Assembly: GCA_963789265.1 (NCBI GenBank)
Contig: CAWBKB010000001.1
Span: 1,344,001-1,408,000 of the forward strand
Direction of reading: 5' to 3'
DNA: 64,000 nucleotides
Source: an uncultured delta proteobacterium
GTDB taxonomy: Bacteria > Desulfobacterota > Desulfomonilia > Desulfomonilales > Desulfomonilaceae
Part shown: piece after piece, positions 40,014 through 51,016 of the stretch
Layout of the letters: the number at the start of each line of letters is the position of its first letter
How positions within the stretch are numbered: position 1 is the stretch's first letter
Translations under genes and position numbers: made by a program
Notes under the pieces: model-generated
What the model was told of the DNA's origin: nothing
The model's input: the letters and a program-made list of their open reading frames with translations, nothing else
The model's database searches: none

Positions 40014-43000
40014 ATGAATATTGCGGAGTCATCGGTCCGATTTCCGATAACAGTGATCGTCAGAGTTCTACTGGTCATTGTTTTCGGCTACGTATGCTCC
40101 ACGTTCCTCTCTGTCGAACTCAAACCTGACACTCAGCAGCCGACACTGGTCGTATCTACTACATGGACGGGCGCGGCGCCGGAAGAGGTGGAGGGTGAGA
40201 TAACCACTCCATTTGAGGATGCTGTCGCCGGTGTCTCTAATATGCTGTGGACCCAGAGCTTTTCTACTTACGGTCAATCGTTTGTCGTTTTGTTTTACAA
40301 ACCCGGTACGAATCTTGACCTCGCCGCCTCCGAAGTCGAAAGGAACCTTGATAAGGTTACCACTCTGCCGAGTACCGTCCAGCAACCACAGATCCTGAAA
40401 GCCACCGATAGAGTCAGCCTCCCGATCTATCAGTTCGCTCTTACCGGCGACGTCGATCTCGTGACTGCATCCACTTGGGCGGACAGGGACATTGTACCGC
40501 GAATACTGAGGCTGCCGGGGGTGGGGGACTGTCAAGATGACGGCAACTTGACCCGGCAAATGACCATCACGTATGACCCGCAACGCCTCAAAGCAAGGCA
40601 TTTGACCGCCAATGACGTCAAGAAGTTCGTTGACATGGCGAATTTCAACCAGAGTGGCGGTTATTTTGTCCAAGGGACCCGTGAATGGACAATTCGGACC
40701 GTAGGCGAACTCCTCAGTGCCGCAGAATTCCGAAAGTTGATTGTTTCGAAGCCCGGGGATCCTATTGTCTATCTTTCTGACGTGGCCGATGTCCAAGACT
40801 CGTATGACCGCCCGAATTCTTACTCCCGCATAAACGGTCAACGGGGCATAATATTTAGCGTTCTCGGCCAGGCCGGCGCGAATATTCTCGACACGATTAA
40901 CTCCGTTGATAAGGAACTCGAGCATCTCCAGAGAGACTACGGCCCGCGCAGTGCAAAATTTCAAAAGATGTACGACTCAAGCGACTACATCCGGGACGCG
41001 ATCCAGGTGGTCAAGATCTCGTTGATTGAGGCAATCATACTCGTGCTTCTGGTGCTGTTCGTCTTTCTGAAGAATTGGCGGAGCATGTTCATCGTCGCCA
41101 CCTCCATTCCGGTTTCCATCATCGGCACGTTCATAGGGATGTATCTGTTCAAGTATTCCATCAATGTTCTCTCCCTGGCCGGGCTGGCCTTGTCCATTGG
41201 GATGATAGTGGATGACGCGATTGTCATCCTTGAGAATATCTACCGCCATCGTTACGAAGAAGGAAAGAATATCGTCCGGGCATGTGTCGATGGGACCAAT
41301 GAGGTGTCAACAGCGGTTTTCATGAGCACTTTAACCACCGCAGCCGTTTTCATGCCTGTCCTGTTGCTGAAGGGTGAGATTGGAACGTTGTTTGGTCCTG
41401 TAGCTTTCATCATATCCGTGGCCACTTTTTTGTCCCTGTTTGATGCCTTTACCGTAGTGCCGATGCTCGCGTCACGCTGGATGAAGGAGCAAAGTGAACC
41501 CCAAGGGCTCTGGAAGCGGATAATGTTTCCGCTGGCGCTGCTGGACAAAGCCGGAGCGAAGGTTTCGGACGGGCTTATATGGGCGCTGAGGTTTTTCCTG
41601 CACAGCGGCTGGCGCAAAGCCGCTCTGGTGGGATCGGTCCTTGCGCTTGTCGTTTTGTCCTATAGAGCCTTGCCGGGAATGGGTTATCTTCCCACGGGAG
41701 GCACGAACCTTATAAAAGTCCAGATAGCAACTGCCGAAGGAACCAACTTGGATGAGAACAGCCGACTGATGAAGATTCTCGAAGAGCGCTGGAAAAGGAT
41801 CAAAGGAGTCAAGAGTATTATTGCTGTTCCAAACCGTCAGGATTCTCGGAACGCGATTTTCATAGTCTGTGAAAAGGAAGAGGACAGTGGTGTTTCTGTG
41901 GAGAAAATAGCGCGTCGAGCAAATGACTTGACCAGGGACCTTCCCTTCAAGTTTATAAACCCCATTCAGTTTCCCTTGTTCGGAAATATCTATACACGAT
42001 CCAACATCGTGGATGTTCGTATCGCAGGTGACGGCTATCCGGTGATTCAACGGCTGACCGACCAGATTATGGATTTGGGAAACCATATTAAAGGGGTTGT
42101 TTTTCGTTATACAGATCTTTCTCTGCGGAAACCGGAAGTCCAGGTTCGCGTAGATCTTGAGCGGGCCGCAAATTTCGGATTTCAGGGTAAAGACATAGCC
42201 GACGCGGTAGAAGCAGCCGGAGGGGGGCAACAGACTGTAACGCAGTATGACGTGAACGGCAAATATTTCTATATTCAAGTCATGGGTCGGGAAAGCGATG
42301 TGAAAACCGTGAGCGATGTGGAGCGCATGATCCTTACTTCACCGGCAAATCCTGATATCCAGGTTCCGCTGACGAGCGTAGCAACCGTGGAAACTGCGTT
42401 CGGGCCACTGCAGATCAATCATTACAATTCGCAACGTGCAGCCCGGGTCCAGTTTACCATACAGGGGCGGCCTCTATCCTCAGTGTTTCGGGACGTGGTT
42501 TCCAAGATTCGATCGGACGTTCCTTTCCCCCTGGGTACAAATGGGTGCCCTTCGGCGCTATCAGATATCTCAAAACGCTCATGACGGCAATTAGTTTTGT
42601 GCTGCCGTTGTCCGTGGTGGTGGTGTACCTGCTGCTGGTCATGCAGTTCCAATCTTTCATTCGGCCTTTGGCCATCATCTTCAGCGTCCCGCTTTCCATC
42701 ATAGGAGCGAATGTTTCTGGTGAAAGTTACCGGCGTCCACTTCGATTCGTTCACCATGCTCGGATATATTCTGATGGTGGGATTGGTGGTAAAGAATGCC
42801 ATCATTCTAATAACATACGCAGTTCAGCTCATGGAAAGGGAGGGTATGGATCGGAATGAGGCTCTTGTCCTGGCGAGCAGGCGGAGGATGCGCCCGATCT
42901 TCATGACCGCCATTGCAATGGTTTCTCGGGATGCTTCCTCTGGCTGTCAAGCATGGAGCAGGTGCAGAGATTTACAACGGTCTTGCAATGGCAGTGGTGG

Positions 43001-43146
43001 GCGGGCTTTCCGTCGCAACACTCTTCACGTTGGTGTTCATCCCGGTTGTCCTTACGATCCTCGAGGATCTGAAGGCTCGCTTTTGGAAAGTTCGGCCGAT
43101 TCACTTGGATGAGGTCGACGCAGACGCACCTCCGAGAACTAGCTGA
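40014..43146 (+). CDS. RND efflux permease paralog 1; three apparent frameshifts (about 42534, 42715, 42923)
   Basis: Colinear with the 43449 paralog; IGMIVDDAIV and RRMRPIFMT motifs. The corrected length is about 1043 aa. Confidence 0.88.
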
Positions 43147-43448
43147 CACAGTATCGGTGGGCAGATTGCAGGATTGCCCTAGGGAATGACGATATCGCTT
43201 TTAGACTTAACATTTCGGGACCAAGTGCCGTCTCAAATAGAAGAGGGATCATACGCGGCGGATCTCGGCACAGGATGGCAAGAAGTGCACGGCCGGCGCT
43301 TATGGGCCTGACGGTGGACAAGATGCCCACCCCACTGCGCTGGACAGAGCGAATACCGAACCCAGGCCCCGCGCCACAGTGTCCGCGGCTTGTCCCCGAA
43401 AGATCCCAGTGGCATGAACAAAGACGATGAATTATCTGTGAGGCTCAG

Positions 43449-46400
43449 ATGAACGTTGCCGAGTCATCGGTCCGATTTCCAATAACCGTCATTGTCAGGG
43501 TTCTCCTGGTCATTGTCTTCGGGTACGTTTCCCTTACTTTTCTTACTGTCGAGTTAAAACCCGATACGGAAGCCCCGGTACTATGGGTGACCACGAATTT
43601 CCCAGGCGCCGCGCCCGAAGAGGTCGAAGGTGAGATAACCACTCCCTTTGAGGAGGCCATAAGCGGCGTGTCGAACATGCTATATACCCAAAGCCTTTCA
43701 TTTTATGGTCAGTCGCAGCTCACAGTATTCTATAAACCCGGAACCAATCTTGACCTTGCCGCCTCGGAACTTCAGCGGAACCTCAATCGGGTGACGACTT
43801 TGCCGCGGACGGTACAGAAACCGCAGATTTTCAAAGCCAGCGATCAGGTGAGCCTTCCGATCTATCAGTTCGCTTTGACAGGGGATGTGGATCCGGTGAC
43901 CGCATCTACGTGGGCCGACAAATTCATAATCCCGCGAATACTAAGGTTGCCGGGTGTAGGCGACTGCAAGGATGACGGCAACCTCACCCGGGAGATGAGA
44001 ATCACCTACGATCCGCAACGATTGAAATCCAGGCATCTGACCGCCAATGACGTGAAAAAGTTCATCGACCAAACGAATTTCAACCAGAGTGGCGGTTATT
44101 TTGTCCAAGGGACCCGTGAATGGACTACCCGGACAGTGGGAGAGCTTCTCGATGACGACTCCTTCCGCAAGGTGATCATTTCCAAACCTGGCGATCCCGT
44201 TGTGCATCTTTCGGACGTAGCTGATGTTCAAGACATGTACGATCGCCCGGATTCGTATGCTCGCATCAACGGAAAACGCGGGATAGTATTCAGCGTGTTG
44301 GGTCAGGCGGGTGCCAATGTCCTGCAGACCATAGGCGAGATTGATAATGAACTGAAGCTACTTCAGAAAGACTATGGACCGCGTGGGGCAAAATTTACAA
44401 AAATCTACGATACCAGCGACTACATCCGGGATGCCGTCAAGACGGTAAAGTGGTCCTTAATTGAGGCCATTGTGCTGGTCCTTTTGGTGCTGTTTGTTTT
44501 CTTGAAGAATTGGAGGAGCATTTTCATCGTTGCCACTTCAATCCCGGTTTCCATAATCGGAACATTCATCGGGATGTATCTACTGGGCTATTCAATTAAT
44601 GTTCTTTCCCTCGCAGGACTTGCCTTATCCATCGGCATGATAGTCGATGACGCCATTGTCGTTCTGGAGAACATCTACCGGCATCGATACGAAGAAGGAA
44701 AAAGTATCGTCAAGGCATGCGTGGACGGCACTCGCGAAGTGGGAATGGCGGTGCTCATGAGCACTTTAACTACCGCAGCAGTTTTCATGCCGGTTTTGAT
44801 GCTCACAGGTGAGGTAGGCACTCTGTTCGGCCCTGTAGCGTTCATTATTTCAGTGGCAATTTTCTTGTCTTTGTTCGACGCATTCACTGTGGTTCCTATG
44901 CTCGCATCCCGCTGGATGAAACAGGAGAGCGAGCCGGAGGGGCTACTGAGGCGACTGATGTCCCCACTAAAACTCGTTGACCAAATCGGTGCACGGGTTT
45001 CCAACTTGCTCATAGAGTCTCTGCGATTCTTCCTGGGCGCGGGATGGCGAAAAGCGGCATTGGTCGGCACGGTCCTTACGCTTTTCGGTTTGTCATGTTG
45101 GTCGTTGCCCGGGATGGGTTACCTCCCGACCGGAGGCACAAATCTCATAAAAGTATTGATCGAAGCTCCCGAGGGGACCAGCTTGGACGAAAACAGCAGG
45201 CTGATGAAGATTCTCGAGGATCGGTGGAAACACATCAAAGGAGTCCAAAGTATTGTCGCGACTCCGAACAGAGACGTGACCCGGAATGTCATCTTCCTAA
45301 TCTGTGAGAGAGAAGAGGATAGCGGTGTCCCAATGGAGAAAATTGCTCGTAAAGCTTATGAGAAATCCCGCGATCTTCCTTTCAAGTCTGTGAACCCTAT
45401 TCAATTTCCTCTTTTCGGAAATATCAACACCCGGTCCAACATCGTGGACCTACGTGTTGCGGGAGACAGTTACAAGGTGATTGAACCACTGGTCAAACAA
45501 ATTATGGAAATCGGAAATGGCCTAAACGGAATTGTCTTCCGTCACACGGACCTTGCGCTGCGCAAACCGGAAGTCCAGGTCCGCGTCGATGAGGAAAGGG
45601 CCGCCAATTTGGGCTTTCAGTCCAAGGACATTGCCGATGCTGTGGAAGCAGCAGGTGGGGGTCAACAGACCACGACCCAGTATGACGTAGGAGGTCGATA
45701 TTTCTACGTCATGGTTATGGGCAGGGAAAGCGACGTTAAGACGGTCGGTGACGTGGACCGCATCGTCCTGACTTCACCGCTTAATGCCGACATTCAGGTC
45801 CCCCTGACAAGCGTGGCATCCGTGAAAACCGCTTTCGGACCGCTCGAGATTGGTCACTATAACTCGAAACGGGCGGCGGATATTCAGTTCACTGTGCAGG
45901 GAAAGCCGCTGTCCGAAGTGTTTCAGGAGGCTATGTCCAAAATAAAGTCAAGCGTTCCTTTGCCTATCGGGTATGACGTTGTCCCGTTTGGAGCGGTCAA
46001 CGAACTTCGAACTCTCATGCAGGCGATAAAATTTGTCTTCCCGCTTTCCGTGGTCGTGGTGTACCTTCTGCTTGTCATGCAGTTCCAGTCGTTCATGCGG
46101 CCCTTTGCGATCATCCTTAGCGTTCCGCTTTCCATAATCGGGGCAAACGTTTTGGTGAACCTCACGGGAGTCCACTTCGACTCGTTTACCATGCTGGGAT
46201 ACATCATGATGGTGGGACTAGTTGTAAAGAATGCCATCATATTGATCACGTACACAGTTCAACTGACAGAGCAAGGCATTGATCGAGAGGAGGCCCTGAT
46301 TCTTGCAAGCAAACGTAGGATGCGGCCGATCTTCATGACGGCTATCGCAATGGTTTTGGGAATGCTTCCCTTGGCTCTCAAGCACGGCGCCGGCGCGGAG

Positions 46401-46577
46401 ATCTACAACGGGCTTGCAATGGCGGTCGTGGGAGGTCTTTCTGTTGCGACACTTTTCACCCTGGTGTTCATCCCCGTGGTCTATACGATCCTCGAGGACT
46501 TGAAGACACGGTTCTGGAAGGTCAAGCCCGTCACGATTGACGACCTGATCGGAGAAACAGTTGACAAGATCGGCTGA
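43449..46577 (+). CDS. RND efflux permease paralog 2
   Basis: 1042 aa; GMIVDDAIVVLENI, GLVVKNAI, RMRPIFMT. Confidence 0.95.
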   Translation: MNVAESSVRFPITVIVRVLLVIVFGYVSLTFLTVELKPDTEAPVLWVTTNFPGAAPEEVEGEITTPFEEAISGVSNMLYTQSLSFYGQSQLTVFYKPGTNLDLAASELQRNLNRVTTLPRTVQKPQIFKASDQVSLPIYQFALTGDVDPVTASTWADKFIIPRILRLPGVGDCKDDGNLTREMRITYDPQRLKSRHLTANDVKKFIDQTNFNQSGGYFVQGTREWTTRTVGELLDDDSFRKVIISKPGDPVVHLSDVADVQDMYDRPDSYARINGKRGIVFSVLGQAGANVLQTIGEIDNELKLLQKDYGPRGAKFTKIYDTSDYIRDAVKTVKWSLIEAIVLVLLVLFVFLKNWRSIFIVATSIPVSIIGTFIGMYLLGYSINVLSLAGLALSIGMIVDDAIVVLENIYRHRYEEGKSIVKACVDGTREVGMAVLMSTLTTAAVFMPVLMLTGEVGTLFGPVAFIISVAIFLSLFDAFTVVPMLASRWMKQESEPEGLLRRLMSPLKLVDQIGARVSNLLIESLRFFLGAGWRKAALVGTVLTLFGLSCWSLPGMGYLPTGGTNLIKVLIEAPEGTSLDENSRLMKILEDRWKHIKGVQSIVATPNRDVTRNVIFLICEREEDSGVPMEKIARKAYEKSRDLPFKSVNPIQFPLFGNINTRSNIVDLRVAGDSYKVIEPLVKQIMEIGNGLNGIVFRHTDLALRKPEVQVRVDEERAANLGFQSKDIADAVEAAGGGQQTTTQYDVGGRYFYVMVMGRESDVKTVGDVDRIVLTSPLNADIQVPLTSVASVKTAFGPLEIGHYNSKRAADIQFTVQGKPLSEVFQEAMSKIKSSVPLPIGYDVVPFGAVNELRTLMQAIKFVFPLSVVVVYLLLVMQFQSFMRPFAIILSVPLSIIGANVLVNLTGVHFDSFTMLGYIMMVGLVVKNAIILITYTVQLTEQGIDREEALILASKRRMRPIFMTAIAMVLGMLPLALKHGAGAEIYNGLAMAVVGGLSVATLFTLVFIPVVYTILEDLKTRFWKVKPVTIDDLIGETVDKIG

Positions 46578-46699
46578 TCACAGATGCAATCAAGGTAAAA
46601 CCATGGATGTTGTGTGTGCTTGTGAGTGCCCGACAACGCGCAGAGCCCGGGCCCAAACGATACTTATCTTCAGGAACTAACTGTACTGACGGAGTTTCC

Positions 46700-47866
46700 A
46701 TGACTGCACGACTTCTCACATTCTCGTTGTTGATTTTGCTGCTGTTGGCCGGCTGTGGGACGCGACAGGACAAAGGGCTGCCCCCGCCGAAAATAAAAGT
46801 GGGTGTTGTCAGAGTTGAAAACGGCGACTTGAGGCAGAACCTTGAAGTAACGGGCAACCTTCATTTCATCGCAAATACCACTGTCTCGGCAGAGGTTTCA
46901 GCCCAGGTGAAGTCCATTGACGTACGTGACGGTCAGTTGGTGAAAAGAGGGCAAACCCTCCTTACCTTCGATGATTCCATGATTCGAGACGCGGCCGATC
47001 AGGCACAGGGTAATTTGCAGAAGGATGAAGCCACACTTGCCTTCAACAAGACCGACTGGGAGAAGAATGTCCCGCTGCTTAAAAGTGGAGCCATAAGCCG
47101 GACCACCTACGATCAAAAAGTGTCGGCCTACCAGAACGCCAAAGGCCAGGTCGAGGCCGACAAGGGGGCACTGGCAAAGGCTAAAGAGGATCTGAAGCAC
47201 ACTGTTGAAATTGCCCCCATAGACGGGGTACTTTCGAGCCGTTACGTCGAAAAAGGGGATTGGGTGTCGACAGGAGGAAAACTGTTCCAGATCAGCGAGT
47301 ACACCACCGCATATTTACAGACTTTTCTTAGCGACAAAGAGGTTGGAAAGTTGAACTTCGATCGAGTCATTCGGGAAGGAACAGGTGTAGCGGTGGAAGT
47401 GGCGGTAGACTCTATACCCGGAAAAACTTTCAAAGGGAAGGTAGGCTACATTCAGCCGGTCATGAATCAGAATCGGCTCTTTGAAGTGCGCATTTATATT
47501 GATAATCGGGACATGCAACTTCTTGAAGGGATGTATGCCCGTGGCCGGATCCTGATCAAACGCATTCCCGACGTCGTCAGGATACCAATTGATGCACTGT
47601 TGGAGCAAGTTCGCAATAACGATAGAAACGCTGTTGTAAGAGTGGGCAAACAGTCACAAGCCGAGATAGCCCGAATAAAAATAGGCGCAACAGACAAAAA
47701 AAACGCACAAGTATTGGTCGGCCTCAAGCCAGGCGATGTAGTGGTGGTCGAGGGCAAAGAAGTCCTTAGCAACGGGCAGCCTCTCGAAACTGCCGTGGCG
47801 TCGTCAACCCCGGACCGGACAGTAGCTGAGGTGCCGAAAGACTCCCGGCACAGGGGCACTGACTGA
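46700..47866 (+). CDS. RND periplasmic adaptor (membrane fusion protein), lipoprotein
   Basis: LAGC lipobox, lipoyl/hairpin pattern, APIDG; GGAG RBS before ATG 46700. Confidence 0.9.
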   Translation: MTARLLTFSLLILLLLAGCGTRQDKGLPPPKIKVGVVRVENGDLRQNLEVTGNLHFIANTTVSAEVSAQVKSIDVRDGQLVKRGQTLLTFDDSMIRDAADQAQGNLQKDEATLAFNKTDWEKNVPLLKSGAISRTTYDQKVSAYQNAKGQVEADKGALAKAKEDLKHTVEIAPIDGVLSSRYVEKGDWVSTGGKLFQISEYTTAYLQTFLSDKEVGKLNFDRVIREGTGVAVEVAVDSIPGKTFKGKVGYIQPVMNQNRLFEVRIYIDNRDMQLLEGMYARGRILIKRIPDVVRIPIDALLEQVRNNDRNAVVRVGKQSQAEIARIKIGATDKKNAQVLVGLKPGDVVVVEGKEVLSNGQPLETAVASSTPDRTVAEVPKDSRHRGTD

Positions 47867-48168
47867 GCTTGACGATTGACCGGTTCATTATTCTTCTCAT
47901 GGCAAAAATCTCTCAGGCAGAAGTCCCTCCGTACCATTCGGCTTGTGGACGACAGGCACTGTTAGCCCTTACTACGACACTTGCTTTCCAGGTACACCAG
48001 TTCCTCCGGGTAACCGTTCAGTCTTGGATGGGTCAAATGTAGCGATGACTGTGGAGAGGGCTTTCCAGCTCGCCGTGAATGCAGTTCCCGAATCGACAAG
48101 GTGGAAGAGACTGTCTCAAAGCCATTTTGGTGCCTGGAATCGTGGCACGTTGACAACCCGGCGCTAAA

Positions 48169-48378
48169 GAAACTGTCCCAAAACTAATTTGATGAGCCAG
48201 AATCGTGCCACGATTCTGGCTCATTCGTATAGTCGTCGCCCTCACCCCAACCCTCTCCCAGAGGGAGAGGGAGCAGATACAGCGCAGTTTTGCACTTCCC
48301 TCGCCCTCTGGGAGAGGGACACAAGGTGAGGGATTCGTGCTACGATTCCGACCGCTTCATTGTTTTGGAGACAGTTTG
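48169..48378. mobile_element. IS5/IS1182-like MITE (inner layer, 210 bp)
   Basis: GAAACTGTCCCAAAAC / GTTTTGGAGACAGTTTG, TAAA duplicated at 48165-48168 and 48379-48382. Confidence 0.7.
48239..48332. repeat. CCCTCACCC..CCCTCTCCC-type inverted repeat doublet
   Basis: CCCTCACCCCAACCCTCTCCCAGAGGGAGAGGGA...TCCCTCGCCCTCTGGGAGAGGGACACAAGGTGAGGG. Confidence 0.75.
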
Positions 48379-48859
48379 TAAAGCACCGGGCTACTTACTG
48401 TCGCCCCGATTGGGCTCAAATGCAAGCGTCCCCAAGGGACCGGTGATAGCATAGCCCGGTTTCTCGCGCGAGACGCGGGATTGCCGGGGAAGGGGGCATC
48501 ATGCAAGGACTTTTTTTCACGCCTCGATTTAGAGACAGTTTCGGAAAGCCTGCCCCCAGAGACTGAATGCTTGGTCCTCTACCTCAACGTACCCATTTGT
48601 GCTGCGCACGGAAGTGCGATAAGGTATAATTATTGCACATTACCGGACAGACGGCGGTTCGAGCCGACTGATTTCCTTCATTATCACACGAAGCGTCAGG
48701 AAGGCGGAATCACCGTTGCGGCAACATTGCAATCGAGTTGCAAAATAACTCGCTGTGGCTACAAACTTCCTGTTTGTTCATGTTGCTCTCCTTCATGACT
48801 GAACTGCCTCGATCCGGAGCGTCCCAACGCTCCGGTCGACAGAACCAAAGGGAGCGGAA

Positions 48860-50191
48860 ATGGAAAACAATCAGGTGCTTCAGGCTATTCTGAACAGTGT
48901 CTCCGAAGGGGTCATGGCCCTGGATCGGGACTGGAAGATATTCTCCTGGAACCTCGCTGCGGAGAGAATTACAGGATTTCACAAAGAAGAAGTCCTTGGA
49001 AAAGAGTGCACGAAGATATTCCGGACATCTCTGTGTCGCGAGAATTGCCCGGTGGATAAGGCGCTCTCCTGCGGCCATCCTTACCATGATATCGCAGTGG
49101 CAATTCGAAACAAGAACAACCAGATTGTACATCTTCTGGTCAATGCCACACCCTTGTACGACGCTGATGGAAGCATCATCGGAGGGCTCGAGACCTTTAG
49201 GGACGTGTCTCAGAGCCATTGGATGCAGGAGGAGCTGCAGCAACAGTACGGGTACCGCACAATTGTCGGCAGAAGCCGGGCGATTAAGAAGGTCTTCGAA
49301 CTGATGGCTGACCTCATAAAAACAGATACAACTGTTCTGATCCAAGGCGAATCAGGGACGGGTAAGGAATTGATTGCAAGGGCCCTTCACTTTTACGGGC
49401 CTCGCAGGGACAGGTCTTTCGTGGCTCTTAACTGTTCCGCGCTCTCCGAAGGAGTGCTTGAATCAGAGCTTTTCGGCCATGTGAAAGGGGCTTTCACCGG
49501 GGCGGTTAGAGATCACGTGGGAAAACTGGAATTGGCCAACGGCGGAACCCTGTTTCTTGATGAAATAGGAGAGATTAGCCAATCCCTGCAAGTGAAGCTC
49601 CTCAGAGTCCTTGAGGAACGAGAATTTCAAAGAGTCGGCGACAACAGAACCGTAAGAATTGACTCAAGAATCATCACAGCCACCAACCGGGACTTATACA
49701 AGAAGGTCCTCGACGGCTCCTTCCGTGACGATCTGTACTATCGGCTCAGTGTGTTCCCGGTGCATTTGCCTCCGTTGAGAGAGAGAATTGATGACATTCC
49801 TGTTCTGATCGGCCATTTTATTGAAAAATTCAACAAACAGATGGGCAGGAGTATTCAAGGGATAACAGATCGAGTCCTGGACATCCTGGAAAAATATTAC
49901 TGGCCGGGGAATATCCGGGAGCTGGCCAATGCCCTGGAACATGCTTTTGTCCATGCCCGAGGCGCGCTGATCTACCCTCAAGATCTTCCACAAAGCCTGC
50001 TGAATTCACCTCAGACTCCTCTCATACATAAAGCTCATGAAAGGGAAAGGGCTCTGGATCATGTTGAGCGGGAAATGATCGTTAAAGAGCTCGAGGCCGC
50101 GGGGTGGAACAAGACGGTCGCGGCGAAACGGCTTCGTATGGGCCGCTCCACTCTTTGGCGAAAGATGGAGAAATACGGGATAAGTCGATAG
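48860..50191 (+). CDS. PAS sigma54-dependent activator
   Basis: PAS domain with C-x8-C-x3-C, GESGTGKE, GAFTGA, LFLDEIGE, HTH. Confidence 0.93.
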   Translation: MENNQVLQAILNSVSEGVMALDRDWKIFSWNLAAERITGFHKEEVLGKECTKIFRTSLCRENCPVDKALSCGHPYHDIAVAIRNKNNQIVHLLVNATPLYDADGSIIGGLETFRDVSQSHWMQEELQQQYGYRTIVGRSRAIKKVFELMADLIKTDTTVLIQGESGTGKELIARALHFYGPRRDRSFVALNCSALSEGVLESELFGHVKGAFTGAVRDHVGKLELANGGTLFLDEIGEISQSLQVKLLRVLEEREFQRVGDNRTVRIDSRIITATNRDLYKKVLDGSFRDDLYYRLSVFPVHLPPLRERIDDIPVLIGHFIEKFNKQMGRSIQGITDRVLDILEKYYWPGNIRELANALEHAFVHARGALIYPQDLPQSLLNSPQTPLIHKAHERERALDHVEREMIVKELEAAGWNKTVAAKRLRMGRSTLWRKMEKYGISR

Positions 50192-50226
50192 TCCCAGTTG
50201 TGAAACACTGTTTCATGGCTGGAACA
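50190..50226. promoter_or_regulatory. Tandem putative activator sites
   Basis: AGTCCCA-N4-TGAAACA and TGTTTCA-N4-TGGAACA. Confidence 0.55.
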
Positions 50227-50436
50227 TTCGGCAAAACCCCGTTTATCCGACTACTTACAAACTTCCAGTTGATTATCGTTTCATCAGTGATCCTATCCTC
50301 ACGCTTCCTTATCCCTCGACTCAGTTATCGCCGGCATTTTGATTCTGCTTTCTTTCCGACTACCCATCGAAGGATATCCTGAACCAGAGCGGGATATTAT
50401 CTGACGAGAAAAGGTTTAGTTTGGTCGGCCGCGCTT

Positions 50437-50452
50437 TGGCACGCCGCTTGCT
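50437..50452 (+). promoter_or_regulatory. Sigma54 promoter of the tmc/hmc operon
   Basis: TGGCACGCCGCTTGCT, an exact TGGCAC-N5-TTGCW match. Confidence 0.85.
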
Positions 50453-50563
50453 TTACTAAGGATCAGAAAGACACTCGGCCAATGGCGCCGGACCAAAAAC
50501 AGAATCAGACTCCAACACCCGGCGTGCAGATCCCCAGCCTCAGAAACGAAAGGAGCGCGGGTC

Positions 50564-50956
50564 ATGCCAAAGAAAATCTTGATTATTGATGATGAGCCGG
50601 ATGTCCTCCTCTTCCTGGGGACGCTTCTCCGGAAGAACGGTTATGAGGTGTGCGAGGCGTGTAACGGCCAAGAGGGGCTGACGAAAGTCAATGAAGAAAA
50701 GCCCGACCTGGTCTGCCTGGATCTCCTGATGCCGGAGAAGACAGGCATCAAGGTGTACCACGAAATGAGGAAGGACGATCAGCTCAAGAAGGTGCCGGTG
50801 ATCATGGTTACAGGCTTTTCAACTCCGGCGATCGGGTACATGGATTTCAAGAAGTTCATTCATGAAAGGTCGATTCCCGCGCCGGAAGGCTATATCGAGA
50901 AGCCTGTCAATAAAGAAGAATTCCTGAAAGCCGTGAAGGAAGTCCTCGACAGTTGA
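50564..50956 (+). CDS. Single-domain response regulator
   Basis: IIDDE, LDLLMP, VIMVT, EKP. Confidence 0.92.
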   Translation: MPKKILIIDDEPDVLLFLGTLLRKNGYEVCEACNGQEGLTKVNEEKPDLVCLDLLMPEKTGIKVYHEMRKDDQLKKVPVIMVTGFSTPAIGYMDFKKFIHERSIPAPEGYIEKPVNKEEFLKAVKEVLDS

Positions 50957-51016
50957 ACTCGGGTTCTTGCCTCCCTCTAGGGCAATCTCTTTCACGAACG
51001 GAAAGTTGAGGTCCAC

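Larger units (their letters stand above)
48107..48542. mobile_element. IS5/IS1182-like MITE (middle layer)
   Basis: GAGACTGTCTCAAA / TTTAGAGACAGTTTC, GGAA duplicated at 48103-48106 and 48543-48546. Confidence 0.7.
48010..48574. mobile_element. Degenerate IS66-like MITE, outer shell of a nested insertion
   Basis: GTAACCGTTCAGTCT / AGACTGAATGCTTGG ends resemble 2766-2887, with the same internal REP doublet. Flanks TCCTCCGG and TCCTCTAC match only partly. Confidence 0.55.
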
